A stretch of DNA of 63,739 bases, counting the filler, from an uncultured Methanosarcinales archaeon (lineage in GTDB: Archaea; Nanobdellota; Nanobdellia; Woesearchaeales; JABMPP01): assembly GCA_964604995.1 (NCBI GenBank). It is 3 parts of 3 records of this genome, joined end to end, with 100 filler letters (N's around TTAATTAATTAA, not from the genome) between each part and the next. Parts side by side here need not be neighbours in the genome. Positions count along the whole stretch, not along the records: positions 27,271 to 51,579 come from CAZSAD010000026.1; 2 more parts are not named here. One strand, given 5' to 3'. The notes below the pieces were generated by a model. That model saw nothing but the letters and a program-made list of their open reading frames with translations, did no database searches and had not been told where the DNA came from. Made by a program: the position numbers and the translations under genes. Positions 29,354 through 39,445 of this stretch are shown in pieces; the stretch's first letter is position 1; each line of letters begins with the position of its first letter.

Positions 29354-30262
29354 ATGAGCTTAAAAATAGGATTTGTTGGACTTGGAAAAATGGGTAAACA
29401 TATGGTTTTAAGATTACTAAAAAATAAATATGAAGTTGTTGCTTTTAATCGCTCGCCTGAACCAACAAAGGAGCTGGTTAAAGAAGGTGCAATTGGCGCA
29501 TTTACATTAAAAGAAGTAGTTGACAAATTAAAAGGAGAAAAACAAAAAGTAATTTGGATGATGGTTCCACAAATAGCAGTTGATGGTGTATTAGATGAAT
29601 TATTACCAATGCTATCAAAAGGAGATTTAATAATTGATGGAGGCAATAGCAATTATAATTTAACTGTTGCAAGATCTTTAAGATTAAAAAAATTAGGAAT
29701 CAAATTTATGGATATTGGAGTTAGTGGCGGACTTGTAGCTTCTAAAATAGGTTATTGTATGATGATTGGAGGCGATAAGCAAGATTTTGCAACTATCGAG
29801 ACTGCAGTAAAAACTATGTGCGTTCCTGATGGATATTTGCATGTTGGACCAAATGGCAGCGGACATTATGTAAAAATGGTACACAATGCAATTGAATATG
29901 GAATGATGCAAGCAATGGGTGAAGGATTTGAATTATTGGATAAAGGACCATATTCAGATTTAGACTATAAAAAAATTTCACACTTGTGGAATAATGGGAG
30001 CATTGTACGCGGATTTTTGATGGAGATGGCTGAAAGTGCTTTTTCAAAAGATGCAAAACTATCAAAAATATCTGGATTTATTGAAGATACTGGTGAAGGA
30101 AGATGGGCAACTGAAGAAGCTTTGAAATTTAATGTACCATTTACAGTAAATAGCTACGCATTATTTGCAAGATACATTAGCAGACAAAAAGATCCAATTT
30201 CAAATAAATTAATTGCTGCATTAAGAGATGAATTTGGTGGTCATGGCACAAAGAAAAAGTAA
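29354..30262 (+). CDS. gnd: 6-phosphogluconate dehydrogenase, decarboxylating (short-chain type)
   Basis: GLGKMG, IDGGNS, VSGG, GHYVKMVHNAIEYGMMQA, DTGEGRW, LRDEFGGH. Confidence 0.95.
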   Translation: MSLKIGFVGLGKMGKHMVLRLLKNKYEVVAFNRSPEPTKELVKEGAIGAFTLKEVVDKLKGEKQKVIWMMVPQIAVDGVLDELLPMLSKGDLIIDGGNSNYNLTVARSLRLKKLGIKFMDIGVSGGLVASKIGYCMMIGGDKQDFATIETAVKTMCVPDGYLHVGPNGSGHYVKMVHNAIEYGMMQAMGEGFELLDKGPYSDLDYKKISHLWNNGSIVRGFLMEMAESAFSKDAKLSKISGFIEDTGEGRWATEEALKFNVPFTVNSYALFARYISRQKDPISNKLIAALRDEFGGHGTKKK

Positions 30263-30342
30263 GTGAATAAATAAAAGATTATAGAATAAAAAAACAATGA
30301 CAGTAATACTAAAAAAATCAATACTAAAAAATTAATAAAAAG

Positions 30343-31074
30343 ATGATAACTATAATTAAAGATTCAAATTTAGAGGAATTATTTAAACGAAGTGCTAAAT
30401 TGCTAGTTAGTGAAATAATAAAACTCAATGGCAAAAATAATAAAATTGTAATTGGACTACCTGGCGGCAGAAGCATTGTTGGGTTATTTGATGCAATTGC
30501 CACCTCTTCAAATTTTACAAAACCTGAAATTTGGTCAAAAACTCTTATTTTTTTAGTTGATGATAGGCTTGTTGATATAACAAGTGAAGATAGTAATACT
30601 AGATTAGTCCAAGAAAGTTTAATAAAAAAATTGATAGTAAAAAAAGCATTGACTAAATTAAATGCTAGATCAAATTTTTATGGTTTTAAATATGATAGTA
30701 AAAAGAAAGACAAAGGGTGCAAAGAATATAATAAAGAATTTTTCAGCAAAGCAAAAGGATTTGATATTTTATTTTTAGGTGTAGGCGAAGATAACCATGT
30801 TGCAGCTTTGTACCCTAATCACCATTCAATAAAATTTTTGGGAAAACAATATTTTACAATGAATGATTCACCAAAAATGCCAAAAGATAGAATGAGTGCA
30901 AGTAGAAAAATGATTGAAGATACTAAAGTGATATTCCTATTGTTTATCGGCGAAGGAAAAAAACAAGCATTAAAAAATTTCCTTGATCCAAAAATGAGTG
31001 TTGAAAATTGTCCGGCCAAAATGGCATTAAAAGCAAATAAAACATACTTGATAACGGACATAAACTTAAATTGA
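30343..31074 (+). CDS. pgl: 6-phosphogluconolactonase
   Basis: GLPGGRS, VDDR..DSN, LGVGEDNHVAALYP, SPKMPKDRMS; lies between gnd and zwf. Confidence 0.88.
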   Translation: MITIIKDSNLEELFKRSAKLLVSEIIKLNGKNNKIVIGLPGGRSIVGLFDAIATSSNFTKPEIWSKTLIFLVDDRLVDITSEDSNTRLVQESLIKKLIVKKALTKLNARSNFYGFKYDSKKKDKGCKEYNKEFFSKAKGFDILFLGVGEDNHVAALYPNHHSIKFLGKQYFTMNDSPKMPKDRMSASRKMIEDTKVIFLLFIGEGKKQALKNFLDPKMSVENCPAKMALKANKTYLITDINLN

Positions 31075-31118
31075 TAATAACAAGATAATGGCAATTGGGA
31101 ATTAAAGAGAGTGAAAAA

Positions 31119-32498
31119 ATGACAACTACACCAATTACATTTATTATTTTTGGCGGAACTGGAGATCTATGCAAACAAAGAATTGTTCCAGCTATTGTCA
31201 AATTAATTGCTGATAAAAAAATAGATGGCAGTCCAATGGTTGTAGGTGTTGGAAGAAAAGAATTTTCTAATCAGGAATATAAAGATTATTTATACAATAG
31301 CATGAGAGCTAAGCCTGACAAAAAAATGTGGGATGGTATTTTTATTCAATATTTTAAAGCAAATTTTGATGAAGATGATGCCTTAAAAGAAATGCATGAA
31401 TTTTTGCGTAAAATTGAAAGCGGCTCAGTTTGTGGTGATAGATTATATTATTTTGCAGTTAGCTACAAGTATTTTGAACAAATTACAAAACAACTGCAAA
31501 AATATGATTTACATAGTGATAGCAAATGTTTTAGAAGAGTTGTTTATGAAAAACCATTTGGTCATGATTTAAAATCCTCTAACGGGATTGATGAAGTAAT
31601 CCATAGTGTGTTTAATGAAAATGATGTTTATAGGATGGATCATTATTTAGCAAAAGAAACTGTACAAAATATGTTAGTTATGAGATTTGCAAATCCTATT
31701 TTTGAAAGAATTTGGAATAAAGAATTTATTGATTCTATTGAAATAATTATGGATGAAGAGGTTGGCGCAGCAGATAGGCTTGAGTATTATGATTCATCCG
31801 GCGCTCTTCGTGATATGGTGCAAAATCATATGCTACAATTAACTTCACTTGTTGTGATGGATGACCCAATAAGTTTAGCATCTGAAGATGTACATAATAA
31901 AAAGATTAAAGCATTAAAAAGTTTGGATGCTAAATCAAAAAGTGATGTTGTATTTGGACAATATTCAAATTACAATCAAGAATTAATGAAAGTAAAAATG
32001 ATAAAAGACTATGAAAAATCACAAACTGAAACTTACGTCAAATTAAAGCTGTTCTCTAAATTAAAAAAATGGGAAGGGGTACCTTTCATTTTACGCACTG
32101 GAAAAATGTTGAAAAGAAAATATGCTCAAGTTGTAATCAATTTCAAAAAAGAGCCTTGTGTACTTTATTGTAGTCCTTTCACACCGCCTAATAGATTAAT
32201 AATTAACATTCAACCTGTGCAAGATATTATTTTTGAATTCAATACTAAAAAGCCAGGAGATAGGTATGATATTGAAAAAGTGAAGCTTGAATTTTGCCAC
32301 GAATGTCATTTTGGACCAAATACAACTGAAACCTATGAAAAATTACTGGATGATGCAATTAAAGGGGATAAAACTCTTTTTACAAGATTTGATGAACTAC
32401 GTGAAGCATGGAAATTAATTGATAAATTGCAAAAATGGAAATTAGAAATGCCACTAAAAATATACAACAAAGAAGACGATGACATTGTATTAAAGTAA
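31119..32498 (+). CDS. zwf: Glucose-6-phosphate 1-dehydrogenase
   Basis: GGTGDL, EKPFG, RMDHYLAKE, GALRDMVQNH, WEGVPFILRTGK. Confidence 0.96.
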   Translation: MTTTPITFIIFGGTGDLCKQRIVPAIVKLIADKKIDGSPMVVGVGRKEFSNQEYKDYLYNSMRAKPDKKMWDGIFIQYFKANFDEDDALKEMHEFLRKIESGSVCGDRLYYFAVSYKYFEQITKQLQKYDLHSDSKCFRRVVYEKPFGHDLKSSNGIDEVIHSVFNENDVYRMDHYLAKETVQNMLVMRFANPIFERIWNKEFIDSIEIIMDEEVGAADRLEYYDSSGALRDMVQNHMLQLTSLVVMDDPISLASEDVHNKKIKALKSLDAKSKSDVVFGQYSNYNQELMKVKMIKDYEKSQTETYVKLKLFSKLKKWEGVPFILRTGKMLKRKYAQVVINFKKEPCVLYCSPFTPPNRLIINIQPVQDIIFEFNTKKPGDRYDIEKVKLEFCHECHFGPNTTETYEKLLDDAIKGDKTLFTRFDELREAWKLIDKLQKWKLEMPLKIYNKEDDDIVLK

Positions 32499-32530
32499 AA
32501 TTTAATCATTTATTTGACAATTTAAATTAT

Positions 32531-33100
32531 TCAATGAACCCTAATCAATTTACATTCAGGAGTTACTTCAATAAATTTAGTAGCTTTTCCTTCTAAGAAA
32601 GATTTGCATTGGTTTTGCTCTAAATCATCAACTGCAATTCGTGGTGAATGTGCAACATCACAAACTATCTGTGAATTACTTGGCATTGGATCTAATAAAC
32701 ATGGTCCATTGCTCAAATCTTCTCCTGCTTGCAAATGCTCTTCACAAGCAGATGTACATCCGCTTATTGTAGATAACATATTTACTGCGCTTATTCCTCC
32801 TGCTGGAGGAGTTACTTGCTTTGGCTCGCCCCCTCCAGAACTTGAAGAGCTAGATGAAGAACTTGACGAACCAGATGATGAACCTGAAGAAGAACTTGAT
32901 GAACTTGCCGGTGAATCTGCTGAACCTTGCGAATTTTTATTTGCTATTTGAGTAGTGTTATCCAAAGAATTCGGATTTTTAGCACAACCAAATGATAGAA
33001 TCAAAACAATTGATATTAAAATTAAAATAAAGATTTGAGTTGGTTTGATAAGTTTAGTAAATTTGGTGAATAGTGCAAATTTAGTTATTTTCTTTGACAT
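32531..33100 (-). CDS. Secreted/lipoprotein with Ser-Gly linker and Cys-rich domain
   Basis: Hydrophobic signal ending LSFGC; poly-Ser tract; GPCL..CDVAHSPR..NQC..IEVTPEC domain. Confidence 0.8.
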   Translation of the reverse strand: MSKKITKFALFTKFTKLIKPTQIFILILISIVLILSFGCAKNPNSLDNTTQIANKNSQGSADSPASSSSSSSGSSSGSSSSSSSSSSSGGGEPKQVTPPAGGISAVNMLSTISGCTSACEEHLQAGEDLSNGPCLLDPMPSNSQIVCDVAHSPRIAVDDLEQNQCKSFLEGKATKFIEVTPECKLIRVH

Positions 33101-33181
33101 AATTGCATAAGAAGGTTTATTATTTAAAAAACTAATGAAAAATTTTATATAGGTTTATTTAATATGATAGATTGTGGATAA

Positions 33182-34450
33182 ATGAGCATTCTAAAGAGCG
33201 TAAAAAATGCACTAGGCATAAAGGTTGGCAAAATCGAAGTATCGAAGATGCTAGACCTCAAAAGTATTATTACTACTGATCCTGTAATAACTAAGTTAGG
33301 AATTGCACAAAAAGAAGCAATCATATTTGGCACTCAAGATGGAAGATTATATTGCATTATTGATAATAAAATAGAATGGTTCTTCTCTGTTGCGAGTGAA
33401 AAATCCGAGATGGATGAAATGTTTTCTGAAAAATCAAAAGAGAATAGCATTAGTTCAAAACCGATTGTTTGCGATTTAAATGCAACTAACAAAAAAGTGA
33501 TTATCTTTGGATGTGAAAATGAAACAGTATATGCAGTTGATCAAGCTGGTTTTTTAGTTTGGAAAAAAAAAGTGAAAGGTGCTATTAGAACAACCCCATT
33601 AGTTGAAGATATTGATGGCGATGGCGAAAAAGAAGTTATTGTTGGTGTTATGAATGGCAATTTAATTTGCCTTGATAGTTTTGGAAAAATGAAATGGGGT
33701 GTTAAAGCAACAAGTGGTATAAGTTCTTCTCCTGTTTTTCTTAAAGCTGGAAAAGAGATTAAAGAAAGCCATATCTTATTTGGATCAGAAGATGGAAGCT
33801 TTTATTCAGTTAATGAAAAAGGCAAGCTCAATTGGAAAACGCAATGCGATAGTCAAATTACTGCATCGCCCAGTACTGGAAAAATTTTTGGGGATAATGA
33901 TGATTATATTGTTGTCGGAAGTAGCAAAGGCACAGTGTATCTTTTTGATTTAGAAGGTCAAATTTTATGGAATTACAAATCAGGTGGAAAAATAACATGC
34001 GCAGCTGCACTTTGTGATATTAACAATGATAAAGAAATGGAAATAATTTTTGGCTCTTGTGATGATAAAGTGTATTGTTTATCTGCAGCAGGGAATAAAC
34101 TTTGGGATTTCGAAACTGGTTTTTGGGTGGTAAGTACACCAATAGTTGCAGATATTGATAATGATGGGAAATTAGAGATAATAGCTGGAAGCTATGACAA
34201 AAGTATTTATGTACTTGATGCACAAGGACAATTCATTTTAAATTATGTTCCAGGACTTGCAAGTATTACTCAACAACCAGGACATTATACTGATACTTTA
34301 AGTATTGAACCTGGTAAACATATTGGCAAAATGATATGGCACCAAAAAATTGAAGGCACTGTTGTTGGCTCAGCATTAGATAAAGCAAAGATGAGAATCA
34401 TAGTTACAACAAGTACTGGCAAGATAGAAGAAGTAAGGCATATTGAATAA
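33182..34450 (+). CDS. FG-GAP/PQQ-like repeat beta-propeller protein
   Basis: Repeated P-x-V-x-D-I-D/N-x-DG-x-x-E-I-I-x-G-S-x-D and G-K-x-x-W motifs. Confidence 0.88.
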   Translation: MSILKSVKNALGIKVGKIEVSKMLDLKSIITTDPVITKLGIAQKEAIIFGTQDGRLYCIIDNKIEWFFSVASEKSEMDEMFSEKSKENSISSKPIVCDLNATNKKVIIFGCENETVYAVDQAGFLVWKKKVKGAIRTTPLVEDIDGDGEKEVIVGVMNGNLICLDSFGKMKWGVKATSGISSSPVFLKAGKEIKESHILFGSEDGSFYSVNEKGKLNWKTQCDSQITASPSTGKIFGDNDDYIVVGSSKGTVYLFDLEGQILWNYKSGGKITCAAALCDINNDKEMEIIFGSCDDKVYCLSAAGNKLWDFETGFWVVSTPIVADIDNDGKLEIIAGSYDKSIYVLDAQGQFILNYVPGLASITQQPGHYTDTLSIEPGKHIGKMIWHQKIEGTVVGSALDKAKMRIIVTTSTGKIEEVRHIE

Positions 34451-34626
34451 GATAATAGTTTTATTGAATAATAATTTAAATCAAAATATGCAAAATAAAC
34501 CCAATTTATCGCAAAGCTTAAAAATAGGGATGCATAAATAAGAAGTAAAATACAATAATGCGAAAAAGTTTATTTGCATTGACATGCATTTAAATATTAA
34601 ATTTAAAAAAAGAAGGTGTAAATTAT

Positions 34627-35424
34627 ATGGCTGAAGAATTTGGTAATCACAAAGTTCCAACTTACATTGCAGGTTTAGACGAAGAAATGCAAGGTGGAAT
34701 TCCTGAAGGCCATGTAATACTTGTAGCTGGAACAGCAGGTACAATGAAGTCTTCTATTACTTTTAATATTTTATATAATGAAGCACTTAGAGGAAAAGTT
34801 GGTCTTTACTTGACTTTAGAACAAAGTTATCGCTCACTTCTTAAACATATTATCAATATGGGACTTGATTTAAGGCAAGCAAATATTGTTATTTTAGATG
34901 ATATTGGTAAAATAAGTGAAACTCTTGCAAGAATAAAACCTGGCACAGGAGCGATTATAATTACAGATGTTGGTGCAATTAGAAAACAAATAAAGGTACT
35001 TAGTGATAAACCAAATGGCGATTGGCTTAATATGATTAAAAATATATTGAAAAAAATAAGAGAGAATACTGACCTTAGTTTATTTGTTTTGGATTCACTA
35101 TCTGCTCTTTATGTATTATCTGATTTTAAAGACGCAAGAACCCAGCTCTTTTATCTTTTTGAATTTTTTAGAGATTTAGCTATAACTAGTTATTTGATAT
35201 CTGAAATGCCACTTGCTGGAACAAAATATGGCGAATTAGAAATTGAAGATTTCTTAGCTGATGGTATAATTCACGTTGAACTTTCACCAAGAATGAGAAA
35301 AGTCGATAGGAATATCCACATTGTTAAAATGAGAGGAACTAAAGTTAATACTGATGTTTTCACATTAGAATATAAAAATGGAAAATTCTCAGCATTGTAT
35401 GGTGGAAAAACCCCATTAGTCTAA
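34627..35424 (+). CDS. KaiC-like (RecA-superfamily) ATPase
   Basis: GLDEEMQGGIPEG, Walker A AGTAGTMKS, VLDSLS, ADGII, KMRGT. Confidence 0.9.
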   Translation: MAEEFGNHKVPTYIAGLDEEMQGGIPEGHVILVAGTAGTMKSSITFNILYNEALRGKVGLYLTLEQSYRSLLKHIINMGLDLRQANIVILDDIGKISETLARIKPGTGAIIITDVGAIRKQIKVLSDKPNGDWLNMIKNILKKIRENTDLSLFVLDSLSALYVLSDFKDARTQLFYLFEFFRDLAITSYLISEMPLAGTKYGELEIEDFLADGIIHVELSPRMRKVDRNIHIVKMRGTKVNTDVFTLEYKNGKFSALYGGKTPLV

Positions 35425-35813
35425 TTTAAGAAATCTCCCTTGTAAACTGTTTTTGCTATAAGAATTTCAACTTTACTTAACCCGTGCTTTTTAGTAAAGG
35501 CATTTTGAAATTTATCGCTTGTTCCACATAAAGGTATAAGTTTTTCTTTTCCACCTGGATGCAATGGCAAAAAGATAGTGATATCGTATACTTTTTTGTC
35601 ATAAACAACCCAGCAATCATTTTCAGAGTTGTGCTTTGCAAGATCTAAAGAAGTTATTAACGAGGAATCAATGTTTTGAGAAGTATTGTTAATTAATGAT
35701 GTATTTTGTATAGATTGTGATTTAGAAATCGAAGAAGGCTGTGAAGTACAACTAGAAATGAAAAACATTATTGAAATTACTGTAAAAATAATCAAATAAT
35801 TTTTTTTGTTCAT
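35421..35813 (-). CDS. Cytochrome b5-like heme-binding lipoprotein
   Basis: Lipobox-like FISSC; KHNSENDCWVVYDKKVYDIT.F...HPGG; second His in KKHG. Confidence 0.88.
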   Translation of the reverse strand: MNKKNYLIIFTVISIMFFISSCTSQPSSISKSQSIQNTSLINNTSQNIDSSLITSLDLAKHNSENDCWVVYDKKVYDITIFLPLHPGGKEKLIPLCGTSDKFQNAFTKKHGLSKVEILIAKTVYKGDFLN

Positions 35814-36000
35814 TCTATTTAACCTTATTGAGATTTATGTTTCTTAGATGAAGATAAGGATTATATATTTGATGTTGAAGTAAAAAGTATTTTGTTTAAG
35901 TAAAAGATAGTAGAAGATATCTAGTAAAATAACTTAATAAAATAACTAACTTTTTATATTCAAGAATATCAGCTGTTTAAATTCAAGAGGGGATAATACT

Positions 36001-36378
36001 ATGGAAGAAAACAAAAGCGAAGATAAGAACATTAAATTTGAAATTGATAATGGTCAGGTTTTTTTCACTGATGAAATTGCAGTAATTCATAATCCAACTA
36101 AATTGATTTTAGATTTTAAAAGCATAACTCCTAGATTTGATGTAAGAAACAATGAATTTCAACCAATTGTTATTAAACATAGCGTTATAACTATGGATTT
36201 ACATTTAGCGAAAAGTTTACTTGCCAGCTTGAAAGAGAATTTAACAAATTATGAAAAACAGTACGGCAAAATTGAAGAACCCAAAGCATTAAAAAAAGCA
36301 GTAAAAACTGCAAATGCAAAAATGAACAAAAATAAATCAATTGCAAAAAGTGAAGTTGCACCAAGTTATCTTGGATAA
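36001..36378 (+). CDS. Hypothetical protein (DUF3467-like)
   Basis: FFTDEIAVIHNPTKLILDF...VITMDLHLAKSL...YEKQYGKI pattern. Confidence 0.65.
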   Translation: MEENKSEDKNIKFEIDNGQVFFTDEIAVIHNPTKLILDFKSITPRFDVRNNEFQPIVIKHSVITMDLHLAKSLLASLKENLTNYEKQYGKIEEPKALKKAVKTANAKMNKNKSIAKSEVAPSYLG

Positions 36379-36479
36379 TTTTTAAATTTATTTTATATAT
36401 TTTATATTATCACCATTTATTTACATTATTCATTTCAAAAATCCCAAGGAAAAAGAGTGTAATAATTACAGGGAAAAGT

Positions 36480-37265
36480 ATGACTAATGATTATAACAAC
36501 CACAATAATAACCACAGTTTGGTTGATATTGAGAAATTTAATGCTGTGCAATTAGGATTAGAGCTTCGTGTAAGAGATTTGAAAAATGATTCAGAACTTG
36601 ATCCTTCTATTGAAAAATATTTTAAGCCACAAGATGATAAAGAATATGCTCTTAAAATGTTAGATAATAATAAAAAAGTGATTTCTTTTTTGACAGATCC
36701 CCAAAACCAAGGTTATAACATTTATTGGGCAAGCGATTTAGAGATGGATCAGATGGTTTTTATGATGAATCATCTTTATCTTCAACTACGTGAAAATCAT
36801 CCAGAAAGGAAAGTAGATTTTAATGGAGATATAATTGCATGTGTAAATGGTGAACCACCTAAAAAACTTAACATAAAGGATTTATATTCATCTGAAAAAA
36901 TGTTTGATGGTTTTGGTTTAATGTATTCCGATGAATTAGAAATTTTAAATGAATTTGGTTATATGCGATTTAAAAGAACAAAATTAGCTAATGGAAATGA
37001 AGGAACTAAAATTGGATTTACTAGTTATGTAGATATGTCAGAATATTTGCCTTCAATTATCAATAAAACAAGAGTAGAAAGAAAAATCAAAGATTTAGAA
37101 AAAGTAAAAGAGCACAACAAACTTGTTAAAGAGATGCTTACAAATTTTATGAAGCAATACCGAAAAATAGATGATTTATCACCTAAAAAAGTAGGAGAGA
37201 ATTTTTATTTAAGTGATGAATATGATTGGGAAAATTGTTTTTTTAATGGATTCTCATTAAATTGA
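36480..37265 (+). CDS. Hypothetical protein
   Basis: 261-aa ORF; no motif recognised. Confidence 0.7.
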   Translation: MTNDYNNHNNNHSLVDIEKFNAVQLGLELRVRDLKNDSELDPSIEKYFKPQDDKEYALKMLDNNKKVISFLTDPQNQGYNIYWASDLEMDQMVFMMNHLYLQLRENHPERKVDFNGDIIACVNGEPPKKLNIKDLYSSEKMFDGFGLMYSDELEILNEFGYMRFKRTKLANGNEGTKIGFTSYVDMSEYLPSIINKTRVERKIKDLEKVKEHNKLVKEMLTNFMKQYRKIDDLSPKKVGENFYLSDEYDWENCFFNGFSLN

Positions 37266-37396
37266 AATAATAATAATAATAATAACAGTAAAGGCAATAA
37301 TAGTGATAATAAATGTGATGGTGATAACGGTAAAGGTAATAATAACAATAATAAATAACGATAAATTTTATTAATCCAACTAATACTTCTAAGTAT

Positions 37397-38200
37397 ATGC
37401 TAATTGAATTAGACTTAAATAAAAATCTGGACCAGAATGCTTCGGTTTACTATGAAGCTGCAAAAAAAGCCAAGAAAAAACTTTTGGCAACTAAAGAATC
37501 ACTTTCTAAAATGGAAATTGAATTAAGTAAAGTACAAGAAAAAGAAGAATTTGAAAAAGTTAAAAGGCAAGAAAAACTAGCTAAGCGTAAACTTGAATGG
37601 TTTGAAAAATTAAGATGGTTTTATTCTAGTGAAGACTTTTTGTGCATTGGTGGAAGAGATTCTACAACTAATGAGATTATAATCAAAAAACACACAGAAA
37701 AAGAGGATATTGTTTTCCATACAGAAATGGCAGGCTCGCCTTTTTTTGTGATTAAAACTGAAGGCAAAAAAGTTGGGGAAGAAACAATTAATGAAGTGGC
37801 AATTGCAACTGCAAGTTTTTCTCGTGCATGGAGATTAGGGCTTGGAAGTGCACAGGTTTACCATATTGCACCAGAACAAGTATCTAAAGTTCCAGTTTCA
37901 GGAACATATCTTGCAAAAGGAGCATTTATGATTTATGGTAAAAAAGAACAGATGAATCCTCAGATTGGGCTATCAATTGGAGTAGATGAACAAAATAGAG
38001 TTGTTTGTGGACCAGAAAGTGCGATTTCTAAACATTGTGCAATTTCAGTTAAACTTTTTGCAGGAGATATGAAAGCTAGTGATGCCGGAAAACAAATATT
38101 AAGAAGGCTTAATAATCCTAAGGGAGTCGACCTTGATGATATTATTAGATCGCTTCCTTCTGGAGGAGTCAAAATTGAAGCTGAAAAAAAGAAAAGATAA
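37397..38200 (+). CDS. NFACT-R (DUF814) RNA-binding domain protein, Rqc2/Tae2 C-terminal-like
   Basis: QNASVYYEAAKKAKKK, WFEKLRWF.SS..FLCIGGRD..TNE, FH.E..GSP, YLAKGAFMIYG. Confidence 0.9.
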   Translation: MLIELDLNKNLDQNASVYYEAAKKAKKKLLATKESLSKMEIELSKVQEKEEFEKVKRQEKLAKRKLEWFEKLRWFYSSEDFLCIGGRDSTTNEIIIKKHTEKEDIVFHTEMAGSPFFVIKTEGKKVGEETINEVAIATASFSRAWRLGLGSAQVYHIAPEQVSKVPVSGTYLAKGAFMIYGKKEQMNPQIGLSIGVDEQNRVVCGPESAISKHCAISVKLFAGDMKASDAGKQILRRLNNPKGVDLDDIIRSLPSGGVKIEAEKKKR

Positions 38201-38975
38201 CAGTAAAAAAGGAGATAATGGGAAAGTTCTAGTTATTGCTGGAAGCTTGGATTATACTGGCTCAGCTTATCTTTGTTCTAAGGCAATTGCAACTCTTAGA
38301 TGCGGATGCGATATTGTATATGTTGCATGCCCAGAAAAAGTTGCATGGGCATTAAATTCAATGTCACCAGATTTAATAACAATAAAACTAAAAGGAGATT
38401 ATTTGAATTTGTCGCATTTTGAAATTTTAAAAAAAACTGCTAAGAAATGCGATGTAATTTTAATTGGACCTGGGATTTCACAAAAACCACAAACAAAAAA
38501 ATTAATTCTTAAAATGATAAAAGAGATAATAAAATTACAAAAACCAATAGTAATTGATGCTGATGCGTTGAAGATGATAAAATTACAAGATGTTGAAAAT
38601 AGTATTTTAACACCGCATCAAAAGGAATTTGAAATATTGATTAAAAATTCGAAATTGAATGAGAACAATTTTAGAGAAGAAATCAAAAATAATATAATTT
38701 TGAAAAAAGGCAAGATTGATTATATTTATTCTAAAAATAAGACTGTTTTAGTTTCTGGTGGTAATTGCGGTATGACAATAGGTGGAACTGGAGATGTTTT
38801 AGCGGGTTTATGCGCTGGATTTATAAGCCAAGGCAATAACTTATTTACATCTGCTTATTTGGCATCAAAAATCAACAAAAAAATAGGGGATAAATTAAAT
38901 AAAAAGATAGGAATTGGATTTATTGCGAGTGATTTTTTAACTGAAATTTCCAAAGAAGCAAACAAATATCGGTGA
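38175..38975 (+). CDS. nnrD: NAD(P)H-hydrate dehydratase
   Basis: KGDNGKVLVIAGS..YTGSA, IGPG, VIDADAL, LTPHQKEF, GGTGDVLAG; TTG start after SD GGAGGA. Confidence 0.92.
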   Translation: MKLKKRKDNSKKGDNGKVLVIAGSLDYTGSAYLCSKAIATLRCGCDIVYVACPEKVAWALNSMSPDLITIKLKGDYLNLSHFEILKKTAKKCDVILIGPGISQKPQTKKLILKMIKEIIKLQKPIVIDADALKMIKLQDVENSILTPHQKEFEILIKNSKLNENNFREEIKNNIILKKGKIDYIYSKNKTVLVSGGNCGMTIGGTGDVLAGLCAGFISQGNNLFTSAYLASKINKKIGDKLNKKIGIGFIASDFLTEISKEANKYR

Positions 38976-39034
38976 TAAAAAGATAACATCGAAAAGAAAA
39001 TTACAAAAAAATTATCAAAAATTAAGTGAATACA

Positions 39035-39298
39035 ATGACACAAAATGAAATAAAAATTGCAAGAGCAAAAGCCAAAAGCTTAGAACCCTTAGTTAGGATA
39101 GGTAAAAATGGAATAACTGAAAATGTGGTTATCGAAATAATTAGATTACTTAGAAAAAGAGAGATAATAAAAATTAAATTGTTGCATGCATTTTTAGAAG
39201 AAAACAACAGAAAAATTATAGCTGAAGAACTTGCACAAAAAACAAACTCAATTATTGTTGAGCAAGTCGGCGGAATTGTTGTATTAATGAGAAAATAA
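39035..39298 (+). CDS. YhbY/CRM-domain RNA-binding protein
   Basis: LEPLVRIGKNGIT...EIIKIK...QVGG. Confidence 0.9.
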   Translation: MTQNEIKIARAKAKSLEPLVRIGKNGITENVVIEIIRLLRKREIIKIKLLHAFLEENNRKIIAEELAQKTNSIIVEQVGGIVVLMRK

Positions 39299-39445
39299 AT
39301 AGATTATGGTTTAACTAATAATTTTATTATCCTAATTGTTCTTAGTAAAATATGTTATAATAAAATTTTAGATTTTATAAATAATTTTATTATTAAACAA
39401 AATAAAACTACTAATATGAGTTGTATTCAATCAAGAATGGCAATT

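Noticed and set aside
32835..32910. GAACTTGA(T/A/C) short tandem repeats
   Set aside because: Explained by the poly-Ser linker codons of the minus-strand lipoprotein.
37266..37360. AAT/GAT/GGT trinucleotide-like intergenic tract
   Set aside because: Low-complexity slippage sequence with no regular repeat-spacer structure or start codon context.
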